Positions 30,660 to 45,455 of a DNA stretch of 64,000 bases are shown in pieces. The notes beneath the pieces were generated by a model, which was given only the letters and a program-made list of their open reading frames with translations, was not told the origin of the DNA and did no database searches. Position numbers and translations under genes: made by a program. How positions within the stretch are numbered: position 1 is the stretch's first letter; every line of letters starts with the position of its first letter. This DNA comes from Eledone cirrhosa (Eukaryota), in the NCBI GenBank assembly GCA_964016885.1, contig OZ024757.1, forward strand, positions 39,680,001-39,744,000, written 5' to 3'.

Positions 30660-30810
30660 TAAAGCCCCAGCTACCGCTAGTATTCATTTAGAGCTGAGTA
30701 TACTGGAACAACGTGAAATTAAGTGTTTTGTTGAAGAACGCAGACGCAGCCCAGGAATCGGTCGCATGATCGTAAGTCCAACACCCTTACCACTAGACCA
30801 CGTACCTCCA
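30660..30810 (-). mobile_element. tRNA/CORE-type SINE
   Basis: Minus strand GGAGGTACGTGGTCTAGTGGTAAGGGTGTTGGAC...CGATTCCTGG...AAAACACTTAATTTCACGTTGTTCCAG. Confidence 0.75.
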
Positions 30811-30873
30811 TATATTTACATAGGCAGGATTATATATATATATAATGTATATATATATATATATATATATATA

Positions 30874-30920
<47 letters not shown>

Positions 30921-31023
30921 GTATAAATGTATAATGTATATATATATAATGTATATATATATATATAATGTATATATATATATATATATATACTGTATAT
31001 ATATATGTGTGTATATATATATA

Positions 31024-31068
<45 letters not shown>

Positions 31069-31879
31069 AAGTTATCCACGCGAAGAAGCGAGTAAACGCG
31101 TTGTGATTAGCACTGTTATATATTTGTTAAAGTTCAAACGTAAATGGAAAAAATAAAAGTTTGAGAAATCAAAATTAACATTTAACCATCTTTGTTGCTG
31201 AAGATTGAAATGATCCACAACTGAGTAACGCCTTTTTTGTAAAAAGAAAATAGATAAAAGCGTATAAAGTCCCAAAATTTATTGGATTTTAGTTTTGAAG
31301 CATAGCTTATCAAAATTTCATGTATGGTGCCGTAGAATGGCCAAGATAATATATCAGAAAGAAAATAAATAACTTGATTAATAATAGAAATAATTAATAG
31401 GAATAAACAATCAAGCTAACAAAATGGCCGTGCAGATATACATAGCGATTACTTTTGGGACGAAGTATTTCCAGCAGCCAGATTAATTTTGAATAATTTC
31501 ATCTGACGTAACGTTGACGATAATTTAAGCGATTGTTTGATTAGAATCACCACTGATGTAGAAAGCTATAAATAACAACAAAGATGAGAGCAATATCGTT
31601 ATACTAACAACAATAACAACGACAATAATATCACAAGAAGATTAACAACGAAAAGGAGAATGAGAAACAACTACTATAACATGAGGAATGTCATTAGTCT
31701 ACCAACATCAACAACACCAATTCAAACAATAATCATCTCTCTACCAATACCAACAACAACAACAACAACACCAACTATACACTATAATAAGAAAAGACTC
31801 CATACAACACCAACACCATAGTCATACCAACATCACCATACAATAAACAAGACCACCGTACAACTATCTACACCAATAT

Positions 31880-32680
31880 CATAGTCATACCAACACCACA
31901 ACCATAGAACCAAGAACATAAGCATACAACCAAGAACAACACCATACAACCAACAACACCACCATACAACTAACAACACCACCATAGAACCAACAACACA
32001 ATCATAGAACCAAGAACACAATCATAGAACCAAGAACAACACCATACAACCAACAACACCACCATACAACTAACAACACCACCATAGAACCAACAACACC
32101 ACCATAGAACCAATAACACCACCATAGAACCAACAACACCACCATAGAACCAACAACACCACCATAGAACCAACAACACCACCATACAACCAACAACACC
32201 ACCATAGAACCAGGAACACCACCATAGAACCAACAACACCACCATACAACTAAAAACACCACCATAGAACCAACAACACCACCATACAACCAAGAATACA
32301 ACCATAGAACCAACAACACCACCATAGAACCAACAATACCTCCATAGAACCAAGAACACCACCATACAACCAACAACACCACCATAGAACCAACAACACC
32401 ACCATAGAACCAGGAACACCACCATAGAACCAACAACACCACCATACAACTAACAACACCACCATAGAACCAATAACACCACCATACAACCAAGAATACC
32501 ACCATAGAACCAACAACACCACCATAGAACCAACAACACCTCCATAGAACCAAGAACACCACCATAGAACCAACAACACCACCATAGAACCAATAACACC
32601 ACCATAGAACCAACAACACCACCATAGAACCAACAACACCACCATAGAACCAACAACACCACCATAGAACCAACAACACC
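31880..32680. repeat. 20-bp minisatellite (ACCATAGAACCAACAACACC)n, ~40 units
   Basis: Strict 20-bp phase from ~31981 to 32680. Confidence 0.95.
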
Positions 32681-32979
32681 AATATTACCATATTACCAAA
32701 ACCATCATCAACACACATTAACAAGCAACTCCAACACACAACACCACCATACAACCAGCAACAACCCCCCATATTACCAACACCACCATCAACACATTAA
32801 CAAGCAACACCAACAAACAACCACCAACCCCAATCAATACCAACAAACGTCAACATCCACCACTAATGTCATTTTATTACCAACACTACCAATGCCACAA
32901 CTATCAGCAACAAACATCAGTACCAATATTAATTGACTAACACAATAAACAACAACAGAACATGCAAGAATAATTATTA

Positions 32980-33495
32980 GACCAACATCAACATCACCAA
33001 CACCAACACCAACACCAACACCAACACCACCAACACCAACAGCACCAACAGCACCAACATCACCAACACCAACACCAACACCACCAACACCAACACCAAC
33101 ACCACCAACACCAACACCAACATCAACATCACCAACACCAACACCAACAACACCAACAACACCAACAGCACCAACATCACCAACACCAACACCACCAACA
33201 CCAACACCAACACCAACATCAACATCACCAACACCAACACCAACAACACCAACAGCACCAACATCGCCAACAACAACACCAACAACAACACCTACACAAA
33301 CACCAATACCAACACCAAAATCAACACCAATGCCAGCCCCACCAACACTCCACCACCACAGTCACCATTATTACCAACAACAACATCAATACCAACACCA
33401 CCAATAACAACACTAACACAAATACCAACACCAATAACAACAACATCAATACCAACACCGCCAACCATACCACCAACAACAACAACACTAAACAC
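32980..33495. repeat. (CACCAA)n-type repeat
   Basis: Direct reading. Confidence 0.9.
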
Positions 33496-33519
33496 TATTG
33501 CTGATATAAATCGTTCCTT

Positions 33520-34578
33520 AATATTAGCAAAAAGTCATCAATTTCGAAGAAGAGGAAAAATCGATCCCAGCAACCCTTGTACTAACTAGATTAATACTTT
33601 ATTTTATCGATCCCGTATTGATGAAAGGCAAAGTTGATCATGACAAGATTTGAACTCAGAAACTAAAAGAGTAAGAACAAACACTGCAAGGAATTTTGTC
33701 CAACATTCTATCGATTTAACCAATCTAATTCACTCCATTAATACTATTACTACTACTACCATTACTACTACTACCATTACTACTACTGCTGCTGCTACTA
33801 CTAATGATTGTTTCTACTTTAGGTACAGGGCCAGACATTTTAAGGGGAGGGGAAAGTCAATAAAATCAACATCAGTCTATTATTGGTACTTTATTTTATC
33901 GACCACGTAAGGACCAAAGACAAAACTAACCTCGGCGGGATTTGAACACAGAACATAAAGGACTGTAACTCTATGTTGCGGAGCATGGCGTCTGACGCTC
34001 TACAGATACTGGCAATCCGCTGCCCTTCTAATAATAATAATAATAATAATTGTTTCTACTTTTAGCACAAGGCCAGCAATTACCCAGTACATTACTGGTA
34101 CTTTATTTTATCGACCCGTAAGGATGAAAGGCAAAGTTGACCTAATAATAATAATAATAATTGTTTCTACTTTAGGCACGAAGCAAGCAATTTGAAGGGG
34201 AGGGAAAAGTCGATTAAATCGACCCTAGTGCATTACTGGTACTCTATTTTATCGACCCTCGTAAGGTTGAAAGGCATAGCTAACATCGGAGGAGTTTGAA
34301 CTCAGAACGTAAAATTGACGTAACTCTATGCCGCAAAGCGGGTTGTCGGACGCTCTACCGAGTGTCACCAATCCACCGCCTTGATATTGTCCGAAGGCTT
34401 TTGGGAAAAGACGTTTAAATCGACTCCAGTGCATTACTGGTACTTTAATTTATCGACCCCGTAAGGATGAAAGGTAAAGTTAACCTCGGCTGGATTTCAA
34501 CTCAGATCATAAAGGGCCGTAACTCTATGCCACAAAGCATGTCCGATGGTCTATCGATTGTTACCAATCGACCGCCAT
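33520..34578 (-). mobile_element. Head-to-tail cluster of five main-family SINE copies/fragments
   Basis: Copies at ~33520-33725, 33805-34027, 34048-34143, 34159-34382 and 34395-34578, mostly separated by (AAT)n or (ACT)n. Confidence 0.85.
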
Positions 34579-34899
34579 GATAATACCCTAATAATTACCC
34601 TAATAATAATAAAACTGAAAACGATATATTGATAGCCATCAGCTAAAATAAATTGCAATAACAACTAAAGGAAAAATAATCGTTAAAATTATTAACACTG
34701 AATTGGTTGTCGATTTTATCACAGTTTAACCAGATGCATCTACTTTCTATTGCCTATTTATTCATCTATATATTTAATTTAAAAAATGTCTATGCATACA
34801 TAACTTACTAGAAAACATTAACGTTTGGGCATTGTTTTCAATGTTGTTTTGAAATCAAAGGTCATATTTGACGGTCGTTTTTTCTTTTTTGTTTACATG

Positions 34900-35351
34900 A
34901 TGCACACACACACACACACATACACACATACACACACGCTAACACTAACACTAACACATACTCATACATACTCATATATACTATCTCTTTTTCTAACACT
35001 CACACACACTCACATATATATAAATGTATATATATACGTAATATATATCCGTATACATATACATGTATACATATATATATATATATATGTATATATGTAT
35101 ATATATATATGTATTATATATATGTATATATGTATATATGTATATATATATATATATGTATGTATATATATGTGTATATATATATATGTATGTATATATA
35201 TGTGTATATATATATGTTTGTATATATATATGTTTGTATACGTATATATATATACACATATATATACATACATATATATATACATATATACATACATATA
35301 TATATACATATATATATATACATATATATATACATACATATATATATATAC

Positions 35352-35382
<31 letters not shown>

Positions 35383-35398
35383 CGTACACACACACACA

Positions 35399-35437
<39 letters not shown>

Positions 35438-35868
35438 TTATATACAGTATATATACGCATACATAATATATATATATATACACTTATATACAGTATATAT
35501 ATATATACACTTATATAAAACATATATACGTGCACACTCACATACACATATATATATATACTTATATATAGTATATATACGCATTCATAATACATATATA
35601 TATATATACTTATATATAGTATATATACGCATACATAATACATATATATATATTTATATATATATATATATATACTTATATATAGTATATATACGCATAC
35701 ATAATACATATATATATATTTATATATATATATATATATATACTTATATATATATATACTTATATATAGTATATATACGCATACATAATACATATATATA
35801 TATTTATATATATATATATATATACTTATATATAGTATATATACGCATACATAATACATATATATATT

Positions 35869-35913
<45 letters not shown>

Positions 35914-35954
35914 TTATATATAGTATATATACGCATACATAATACATATATATA

Positions 35955-35986
<32 letters not shown>

Positions 35987-36080
35987 CTTATATATAGTAT
36001 ATATACGCATATATAATACATATATATTTATATATATACATATATATATATATATGTATATATATATGTGTGTGTATATA
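34900..36080. repeat. (CA)/(TA) microsatellites with a ~60-bp tandem unit
   Basis: ATACTTATATATAGTATATATACGCATACATAATAC recurs ~8 times in 35430-36020. Confidence 0.9.
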
Positions 36081-37077
36081 TATACTGTATATTTAAATGG
36101 TTTTTTATCTTGTGGAAACTAGTTTTGTGGTATTTAAATTTTATTTTCACACATAAATCTTCCAATTCATATAATGAATATAAATGAAGTCATTTAATTG
36201 ATGTTCAAAAAATACAACAACGTACTTTTCATTATATACACGTTAGTTTCTAAATATATGGACAACCTTTTCTCAAAAACAGTTAAATGTTATTTGAAAT
36301 AGCGACAGCCGTGGTGAAGGTGTTTGGTCGTGGTCGTCGTGTTGGTGGTGGTGTTGGTAAGTAAATAATTTAATGAACGAATTTATATTTAAGTAAAGCA
36401 TGGGTAAATTGTAAGAAACAAACTAAAAAAAAATATATATATATATTCTAATCAGAGTTTAGAAATTTGCAAAATAATATGAAATTGTATGAAATGTAAG
36501 TTTGGGGTTTGTTGGTAAATGGAACATAGGCCATAACCTCTGATTAATGATTAAATTGCTCGTAGAGAATAAACTTAAAGAATAAATACGAAAATAAAAA
36601 TAATAAGATTAACAGCGTTATTTCTCAATTAGATTTTATAGTCAGCTATGTCAGTGTTGATAGAATAGCAAAAATAACGTAAATGACCTTAAAACCACAG
36701 GAAGACTTCAGGCTATGCAATGCAATATAGAAATCAGATAGGTCAATCCGAGTGAAATAAAGATTGATTTTCTTTTAATAAGCTAAGCATTCTTTCGTTC
36801 AATATTAACGGCATGTGCTCAGGAAACCATTAACTAATTTAATATTATTTATATAGCTTAGTAGGAATACTTATTTCCCATAAGAATAGTAATGTTTTCA
36901 AGATTTTCCTTGTTTTTCTAGCAATTAAGCGATTAAAATGCATTTATTGACTAGGACAGAATATTAAATTCTCTCTATTTAGGCATGGACTGAGTGTATT
37001 TAGGCATGTATGGATGATGTTTATAGGAAAGTATGGAAACATTTACTACTGCCACAATTCCTCTGTTGTTTATCTGC

Positions 37078-37176
<99 letters not shown>

Positions 37177-37985
37177 TATTGAAGAAATTTACGTCTGTGT
37201 GAGGGATTTCTTCCTTTATATATATATATATATATATAATATGTATGTGTCTGTGTTTATAATATATGGTAGATTTGTGTGTTTGAATGTGATCTGTGCC
37301 GAAGAACACGAACTCGCATATCTGATGAGATGTCGATACAGAAATACGTTCTAATCATTTTGACCAAACTCTAAACTAATCGATTATCATAGGCAATAAA
37401 GATAATTTATGGTGCAACCTTGAATTCGTTCTTGATTACTTGTGTATATATATCTATCTATATATATATATATATATATATAATGTTCATTTATTAAGGC
37501 TAAATAGTTAGACTTTTAAAGAGGCGAAACTTCAAAATAACAAGACTCACTATTTAGCCACAATAAAATAAATATTAAAACTCAATTTCTTTTCTCTCCG
37601 CCGTCAACCACATTGATATATATATACACTTCCATATGTATGTATATATATTTATACTCACGTATATACATGTGAATAAATATTTATATATGTATATGTA
37701 TATATATGCACATATTAACTTAGACTATGTAGGATATAAATGATATTTGTGTAGTGTATAGAAAGTTTCTATAAGATTGTGTAATATTAGTGTTACTATA
37801 ATATTGTGTTAATATATCGACACAATAATATATCTCCAGGGTTATGTGTGTGAAATATAATCTAGTTGTCAATACTTGAAATTATTATACAATGTTATTG
37901 CATTTTTAATAAATCTAACTTAACACACTCATACAAACAAAGATTCTTTATACACATAGAAACTAGACACACTCGCAGACACACA

Positions 37986-38033
<48 letters not shown>

Positions 38034-38218
38034 CATACATAGTGTGTGTGTTTGTATAAATACGCACAATATATATATACATATATATTTAAATGATATA
38101 TGTAAACAAATATATATATATGTGTGTGTGTGTTTTTATTGAATATATATATAGGTATATATAAACATATATATATATACATGCATAAAGCTAGCAAATA
38201 AAGACATATATTTTCATG

Positions 38219-38269
<51 letters not shown>

Positions 38270-38658
38270 CATACATAATGTAACCAATATGATCAGCAAC
38301 ATTTACTGACATAAAATATTTCAAACAGAACATTTTCCGTGGAACCAATTCATTTCTATCACTTGAGGGGAAAAAAACTATAATTATAATGACAACAGCA
38401 GCAACAACGATAATATTAATAACAACAATAATACCAATAATAAAAATAACTTTAATATCGATCATGGTGGTGGTGGTGTCATTTAGATATAAATGGGCTT
38501 TTGTTAAGATTTTTTTCCTCTTGATACCTACTGAAATCAGAGAAACCATGCATAATTAACATATGACATAGAACAGATGAATGTAACAAAAGCAAATAGA
38601 AACACTATTGAGTAGAATTTCTACACACTCATCTATATATACAATATATATAGTATAA

Positions 38659-38740
<82 letters not shown>

Positions 38741-38898
38741 AATTATATGGATATATATAGCGTGTGTACGTTTTTGGTTTGTTTCACTTAATAATTTTGA
38801 ATAATGAATAATAATGCCGGAAGAAAATGTTTATAAAATCCGTGAAAATGTAATTGTAAATGAAAGAAGTTCTTGTGGAATTGGTGTAGACAATACAC

Positions 38899-38957
<59 letters not shown>

Positions 38958-39720
38958 ATGTAACATATATGTACATCTAATTTGCGTGTATATATACATA
39001 TATATATATTATAATTTGTAAGCATACATACATATATATATACATATATATACATATATATATATATATAGGTATATATATTTATATCATATATCTATAG
39101 GGGCTTCTTGGTTATGGCATATGTCACACGATGGTGATAAAATAAGTGTTCGAACATCAGTAGCGTTCTACGTTTAACTATCAAGACACTTTATTTCGCG
39201 TTGATTCCGTCCATGCTGCGCACAAAAATAAGTTTCGAAAAAAAGGGGAAGAAAAATTAATTTTCTTCTCTGAATGAACATGTATGTGAAAAGGATGGAC
39301 ATTTTTCTCCCCCTTTCTATTTTTATTATTATTATTTCCTCTTTTTGTACAAATAAGCAGCTTAACAATATTCTGCATATCCGCAATCGACAATGCATAT
39401 AATGTTGAAACCGGTATTGTAAATAAATTAATGTTTTAATATTTCACTGAAAAACTCTCTTCAACATTTTCTACTGAAAAAATCTTTCCTTTCTACTATT
39501 TGTTTTTATATATATCAACTCATGTGTTACCTTTCTACATTGGATATATATATATATATATATATTAGAAAGTGAGGTTTTTTCTACAAAATGAAATAAA
39601 ACGAGATGTCCTACAGGAGTAAAAGTATAAGGAAAAAAAGATGAAATCGAAAATGCAACTGGGGTCTTTTTAAAAATATATATATATTTATTTGGTTTAT
39701 ATATATATATATATTTATTT

Positions 39721-39780
<60 letters not shown>

Positions 39781-39937
39781 AATCAGAATGGAAACAGTTT
39801 GAAACTAACTGCACCATTAGTCAACAGATTACTCGATACTTGTTGTAGTAGAGTATGTATATTTTAGCCAACGGGTGGCTCTCGGAACCAGCTGTTGAAA
39901 CGGCTAGGGCTTACCCGTAGAGTCCCGGCTCTGTATA

Positions 39938-39972
<35 letters not shown>

Positions 39973-39977
39973 AGTGT

Positions 39978-40039
<62 letters not shown>

Positions 40040-40091
40040 TGAAAAAGTAGAGAATAACTTGGTCAACAGTACAAAAAAAGGGGATTTATTT

Positions 40092-40203
40092 ACAGTCTAA
40101 CAATTGTTTCTCTGATAAAGTTGTCTAAAAATTGCTGAACACTAGAAGCAGTGCCACTCAATTTCAAATACAATGCTAGCTCGATCAGATCTTCAGAAAC
40201 TGT
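40092..40203 (-). ncRNA. Type I hammerhead ribozyme with 79-nt stem II domain, intact core
   Basis: Minus strand ACAGTTT-CTGAAGA-TCTGAT...ATCAGA-GAAA-CAATTG-TT-AGACTGT. Stem I 7 bp, stem II base 6 bp perfect; island 40037-40343 is bounded by (TA)n. Confidence 0.82.
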
Positions 40204-40340
40204 TATAAAATATATATATAACCGGAAAATTTACAAATTCGAATTACAGCATACGCTAAAAAAAACACCGTACGCTAAAACTATCCATAAGAACTATTCA
40301 CAACCTCTAACTGGATTACCAATAACGATATTTTGTAATC

Positions 40341-40409
<69 letters not shown>

Positions 40410-41232
40410 GTATTTAAAATGATTAAGTGATATAAACTGTATCATGTATGGTTTCTAATTCTATTTAACTATATCCAATATGGAGGAAGTATCATTATGG
40501 AATCTCATTAATGCATATATCACTGTGTTAGTAGCAACATATTTGCAGTAACAAATATATGTAAAATTCTATTTATATATTATTATCTCATAAGAAGTTT
40601 GATTTCCCTTGACTAGTTGCTAGACAATTATTGCATGTAAGAGAATAATCGATAAAATCGATCACGCTGTATTATCTGTACTTATTTCATGTACGACATA
40701 TTGATGAAAGGAAAGTCGTGTTTCAGTGACGTTTGAAATCATATGATGGAAGAATGAAACTAAATACTGTATAATAAGTAAACCAACGTATTATGTATTC
40801 TCTCGTCTTGCTACGATACAAAAGAGATATATTGAATCACCGTCCCCCACCAACATTGTGCTGTATTAATTCTAAATTTTGAAACACGTTTGAAGATATA
40901 ACATGTATAACTTAACGGTTTCTTAACATACCTTATCTTGTCTAATGGATTCTAAATCAAGCTTACAATAGATTTTCGCCACGTACTAAATGTGTTTCGA
41001 TTTTTATGCTGGTCATTATTGTTTGAATTTGTGAAACCGTCCCGGTGGCCTAGTGGTAGGTATAAGAGACGGTGGTGGTAATAGCTTTTTCTTTAAGTGA
41101 AGAAAGCCTTTGCACATCGAATGCATTTGCCCAAAAAGTAGAACTGGAGTCGTAGATTTTATATCAGAGTGACCTTCTCCTAGACATTTGTCTTCATGAA
41201 GACTAGAAGTCTCTCGCTTCACAAAAATATAC

Positions 41233-41298
<66 letters not shown>

Positions 41299-41517
41299 GG
41301 GATAACAAATTATTGCTATAGGTAGTCCACTTACAGGTAGTCCAGTTAGGGTATTCCGAGTAGTGGATAGTATTAACGCTTGGCTAAGTTTGACTCAACA
41401 AGACGTTTCCATAGTGATGCTGCGAGTACGCGGTGATTTCTATGTAGTTTACACTTGGAGTAATAATAAATTAAGAAAGAAGAGTGACATGGTTTGCTAT
41501 ACAATAAGGGCTTTATT

Positions 41518-41634
41518 CACATTGCTGACAATTGTTTCTCTGAACTGGTAGGTCTAGAGATTGCTACCCGCCTGCTTTTGCGTCAATCGATCACCAATAC
41601 TTTGTTATAACTAGTCTATTCATCAGAGTATGCG
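41518..41634 (-). ncRNA. Type I hammerhead motif with 81-nt stem II insert
   Basis: Minus strand CGCATACT-CTGATGA-[81 nt]-GAAA-CAATTG-TC-AGCAATGTG. Core intact; base of stem II imperfect. Confidence 0.65.
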
Positions 41635-42188
41635 AGAATGAAGGAAATTCATCATGTTCTCTCTATATATACCTTGCTTTCTTAACCTCTGTATTACCTT
41701 ATTGCCTATTTTGTTGTTGTCTCATTCATGCATGATTTATTATTGGAGCTGTGAAAGTTAAACAACCCCCATGATTCGAACTAATAATCCCTTCCTCTAA
41801 TATAGACCACTTAAATAATGAATCCACTTTACACCACATAAAAATTACCATCCTCACTACAATGAAAATATTTTATCTGTCAGATAATAAATAAACCTTA
41901 CGGTCAGCAAACCTACAGTAAAGTAAATGGTCCATTATTTCAAGCCCCAGGTTATCTCTACACTATATATAATATACCCCATGACAGCTTTTACATGTCA
42001 ATTTCATACATCTGTTTCGTATCAGCTCGTTTTACATGCTAGAGTCATCAGTTATTTCTTATTTAGATTGATGTGTGATTATTTTAACTATTTACTATCT
42101 AGCTAATTTATTTGAGTATCGTTATTATTGTTCTGATTTAGTGCCACTACTATATATAGTAGCCATGCCTGTGTATTTCCTTCATTCT

Positions 42189-42305
42189 CGCATACTCTGA
42201 TGAATAGAATGGTTATAACAAAGTATTGGTGATCGATTGACGCAAAAACAGGCGGGTAGCGATCTCTAGACCTACCAGTCCGGAGAAACAATTGTCAGCA
42301 ATGTG
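42189..42305 (+). ncRNA. Type I hammerhead motif with 81-nt stem II insert
   Basis: CTGATGA 42197-42203, GAAA 42285-42288, CAATTG, GUC site; AATAAA immediately downstream. Confidence 0.65.
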
Positions 42306-42351
42306 AATAAAGCCCTTATTGTATAGCAAACCATGTCACTCTTCTTTCTTG

Positions 42352-42416
<65 letters not shown>

Positions 42417-42581
42417 TATATATATATAGATATATATATATGTATATTAAAATTAATGGTCAAACAAATAGGTACTTCAAATTATTTTATTAAAGTCTAC
42501 ACGCATTTCAACGTCAATATTAGTACATAATACTAAAGTATCTGGTAAGAAATTGGTTTAATACCTAATTTATTCATCTCC

Positions 42582-42653
<72 letters not shown>

Positions 42654-43459
42654 AGATTTTCAACTGTTTCCGAATAAGGGTATATAAGAGCAGGTGAATA
42701 TATTTGTGAGTGTATATATATGTGTGTGTGTATGTATAGGTGTGTATGTGTACACCATAATAAGAATGAAAAAGAATGACGTACCATACATTTACAGTTT
42801 GGGTATGCATATATATATGTATGTATATGTGCATGTATCTGCGAATATGCATTTGTATGTCTATGAGCATTTTCATATATACTTACACATCCATATGTAC
42901 GTGTAAGTATATATATATATATGTGCATATGTATGTATGTATGTGCATGTATTTGTATATGTATGTGCGTGTATATCTATGCGCATATGCATGTATATGT
43001 GTATATGTATGTATATGCATGTATATGTGTATCTGCATGTATATGTATGTATTAATGCATCCATATATGTATGTATCTGCATGTATATGTGTATCTGCAT
43101 GTATATGTCCATATATGCCGGTGTATATCCACTTATCCGGTTTATTAATTACAATATATTGATTATATATCTGCCCTGCATTTCGGATGATGAGGTGGAT
43201 ACCATAACGACAAACTCAGAAATTAACTTGATAAATTAGTTTGAAATACATATTGACAGCTGTAATTTAAGAATACGTTCTCTTCTGATTCAAACATTTC
43301 ACCATTTTATATACATCTTTGTTCAACTTTACATTTGTTATTCATGCAATCATATCTCTAATTTCGTCTTACAATCGTTCTTTTCTTTCTATATTCGCCT
43401 CTTTCTTTATTTCCTTCACTGTTTTCTGATTTATTTCACCCCGTTAATTTTATGTTATA

Positions 43460-43925
43460 TGATGCCTGTGTGAGATGCGGGATGCTGCATGGTAGTGAGA
43501 CATGGTAGTGAGACTGTGGAGGATATGAGTCGGCTGGAGAGAAATGAAGCAAGCATGCTCCGTTGGATGTGCAATGTCAATGTACGTGAACGACCAAGCA
43601 TAGATGAGTTGAGAGAGAAACTGGGTATAAGAGGGATAAGTTGTAGTGTGAAGGAGAGAAGACTGAGATGGTATGGACATGTGATGTACATGGAGGATGA
43701 CCGCTGGGTAAAGAAGTGCCAAGAAATCCCAGTGGAAGGAAGACGCAGTAGAGGAAGACCACGAAAAATATGAGTGGAGGTGTTGAGATCAGACCTCAGA
43801 TCGCTGAAACTCACGGAGGAGATGACGAAGGACCGTGACAAGTGGAGAGATGCTGTACTGAATAGGACCCGTCCCACCCTTGTAAGCAAGGAAAAGCGGA
43901 CGTAAAATGATGATGATGATGATGA
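43460..43925 (+). mobile_element. 5'-truncated RTE-clade LINE, 3' end
   Basis: HGSET...EASMLRWMCNV...RRLRWYGHV...GRRSRGRPRKI*, followed by an (ATG)n tail at 43907-43925. Confidence 0.9.
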
Positions 43926-44206
43926 TTAAATTCGTCTTTGGATTGTTTCTTTCTATCATTATCCTTGTCGGATCCGTTGTTTCTTTCCTTTCTATGAAAT
44001 AATGGACGGTCTTCTTTTCTTTCTTATTCTTTCTATTAGGTTTCATCGACTTGGCTCCCACTTCTTCTTCTTCTTCTTCTTCTAGTACTACTACTACTAC
44101 TACTACTACTACCTCTGCCGAAGTTGAAACGTTGTGTGATAAACGAATAACAATGGTTTCCCTGACAAACATAAGGTCATGTGGTAAGATATGTATTTCT
44201 TGATTC

Positions 44207-44329
<123 letters not shown>

Positions 44330-44722
44330 TAAAACATGAGAAGAAAGAATAATACTGCGTGGTTGCACATGGGTTACATATGATAAAAATAGTCCTTCGT
44401 CAGTGATTTTGCAACCATCATTGGTATTTCATCGCATTAAAAATCAGATACCTCAGGTTGGTGCGAGCAATAACTAAAAAAAGTTATTGGGACCAGTAAA
44501 TCGCGTAAAGCGAGGGGGACAAGTAAACAACATAGAAGGATAAAAGCAATATATATGAGAGAGAGAGATGTCCTACACGAGTGAAAGTGTAAGGAAACTA
44601 AATCGAAAAAGACTCAAGTTGCATTTTCGATTTCTTTTCCTTACATACATACATATGAGAGGGAGGGAGGATTTGAGTAAAGAATATTGGTTCATGAAAT
44701 AATCTACCGGCTTTAGTTGTCA

Positions 44723-44770
<48 letters not shown>

Positions 44771-45234
44771 GGATTAAACCAATATTAAAGTAGTTATACT
44801 AATATTCAACATAATAAGTACTCTATACGGGAACTAGTTGTCGAAACAACAAGAGTTTAGCTTTCATGTGACAGACGGAAAACAAGGATGTACTCTTATT
44901 AAAATATAGATATATTTTTTTATGGCAAGTATTTCCAGTGAAGCTGTACTAATACTAAGGAAACAGTTTGACCAATTTTGAAAAAATATATATATTGGAC
45001 ACCTATAACAATATAGATAAAATTTTACTTGAAATGTTTCCAAAACGTTTACTGTTATCATATCAAGGCCAGGTACTTCTGTTTACTTTGTGCAATCTTT
45101 TCATTAGATTATGTCATCCAAATCATTGATTCGTCTTGGATTTTATATATTTATTATAATCACATTTAGACATTTTGTCTCTGTTCTCTGACACCGTTAT
45201 TCTTATCATTCTCAGCATCATTATAATCATCCTC

Positions 45235-45455
45235 GGTGGATTGGCAGTATCGGTAGAGGGTCGGACGCCATGCTTTGCAGCAAAGAGTTACGGCCCATGC
45301 TATTCTGAGTTCAAATCCTGCCGAGGTTAACTTTGCCTTTCATCCTTATGGGGTCGATAAAATAAAGTACCAGTCACGCACTGGGGTCGACTTAATCGAC
45401 TTTCTCCTCCTCCAAAATTGCTGGCCTTGTGCCTATATAAGAAATCATTATTATT
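45235..45455 (+). mobile_element. Main-family SINE, long form
   Basis: Includes the GGGGTCGACTTAATCGAC segment that is missing in the short copies; ends in (ATT)n/(AGT)n. Confidence 0.88.

Larger units (their letters stand above)
41473..42350. mobile_element. 878-bp element with 176-bp inverted terminal arms, each carrying an HHR
   Basis: 41473-41648 is the reverse complement of 42175-42350 with a handful of differences; 526-bp non-coding interior. Confidence 0.85.

Noticed and set aside
31192-31220. CTGAAGA-TT-GAAA-TGA-TC mini-motif
   Set aside because: No stem II and no stem III palindrome; likely chance.
31970-32772. Cys/Trp/Gly-rich repetitive protein
   Set aside because: The unit is 20 bp, not a multiple of 3, and all minus-strand frames give the same peptide; it is a minisatellite.
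37285-37356. Hammerhead around CTGATGA at 37322
   Set aside because: Stem I does not pair; it folds better as a plain imperfect hairpin.
41040-41075. tRNA gene (GGTGGCCTAGTGGTAGG; also TAGTGGTAGAGCAC at ~55028)
   Set aside because: A-box-like sequence only; no B box or cloverleaf.
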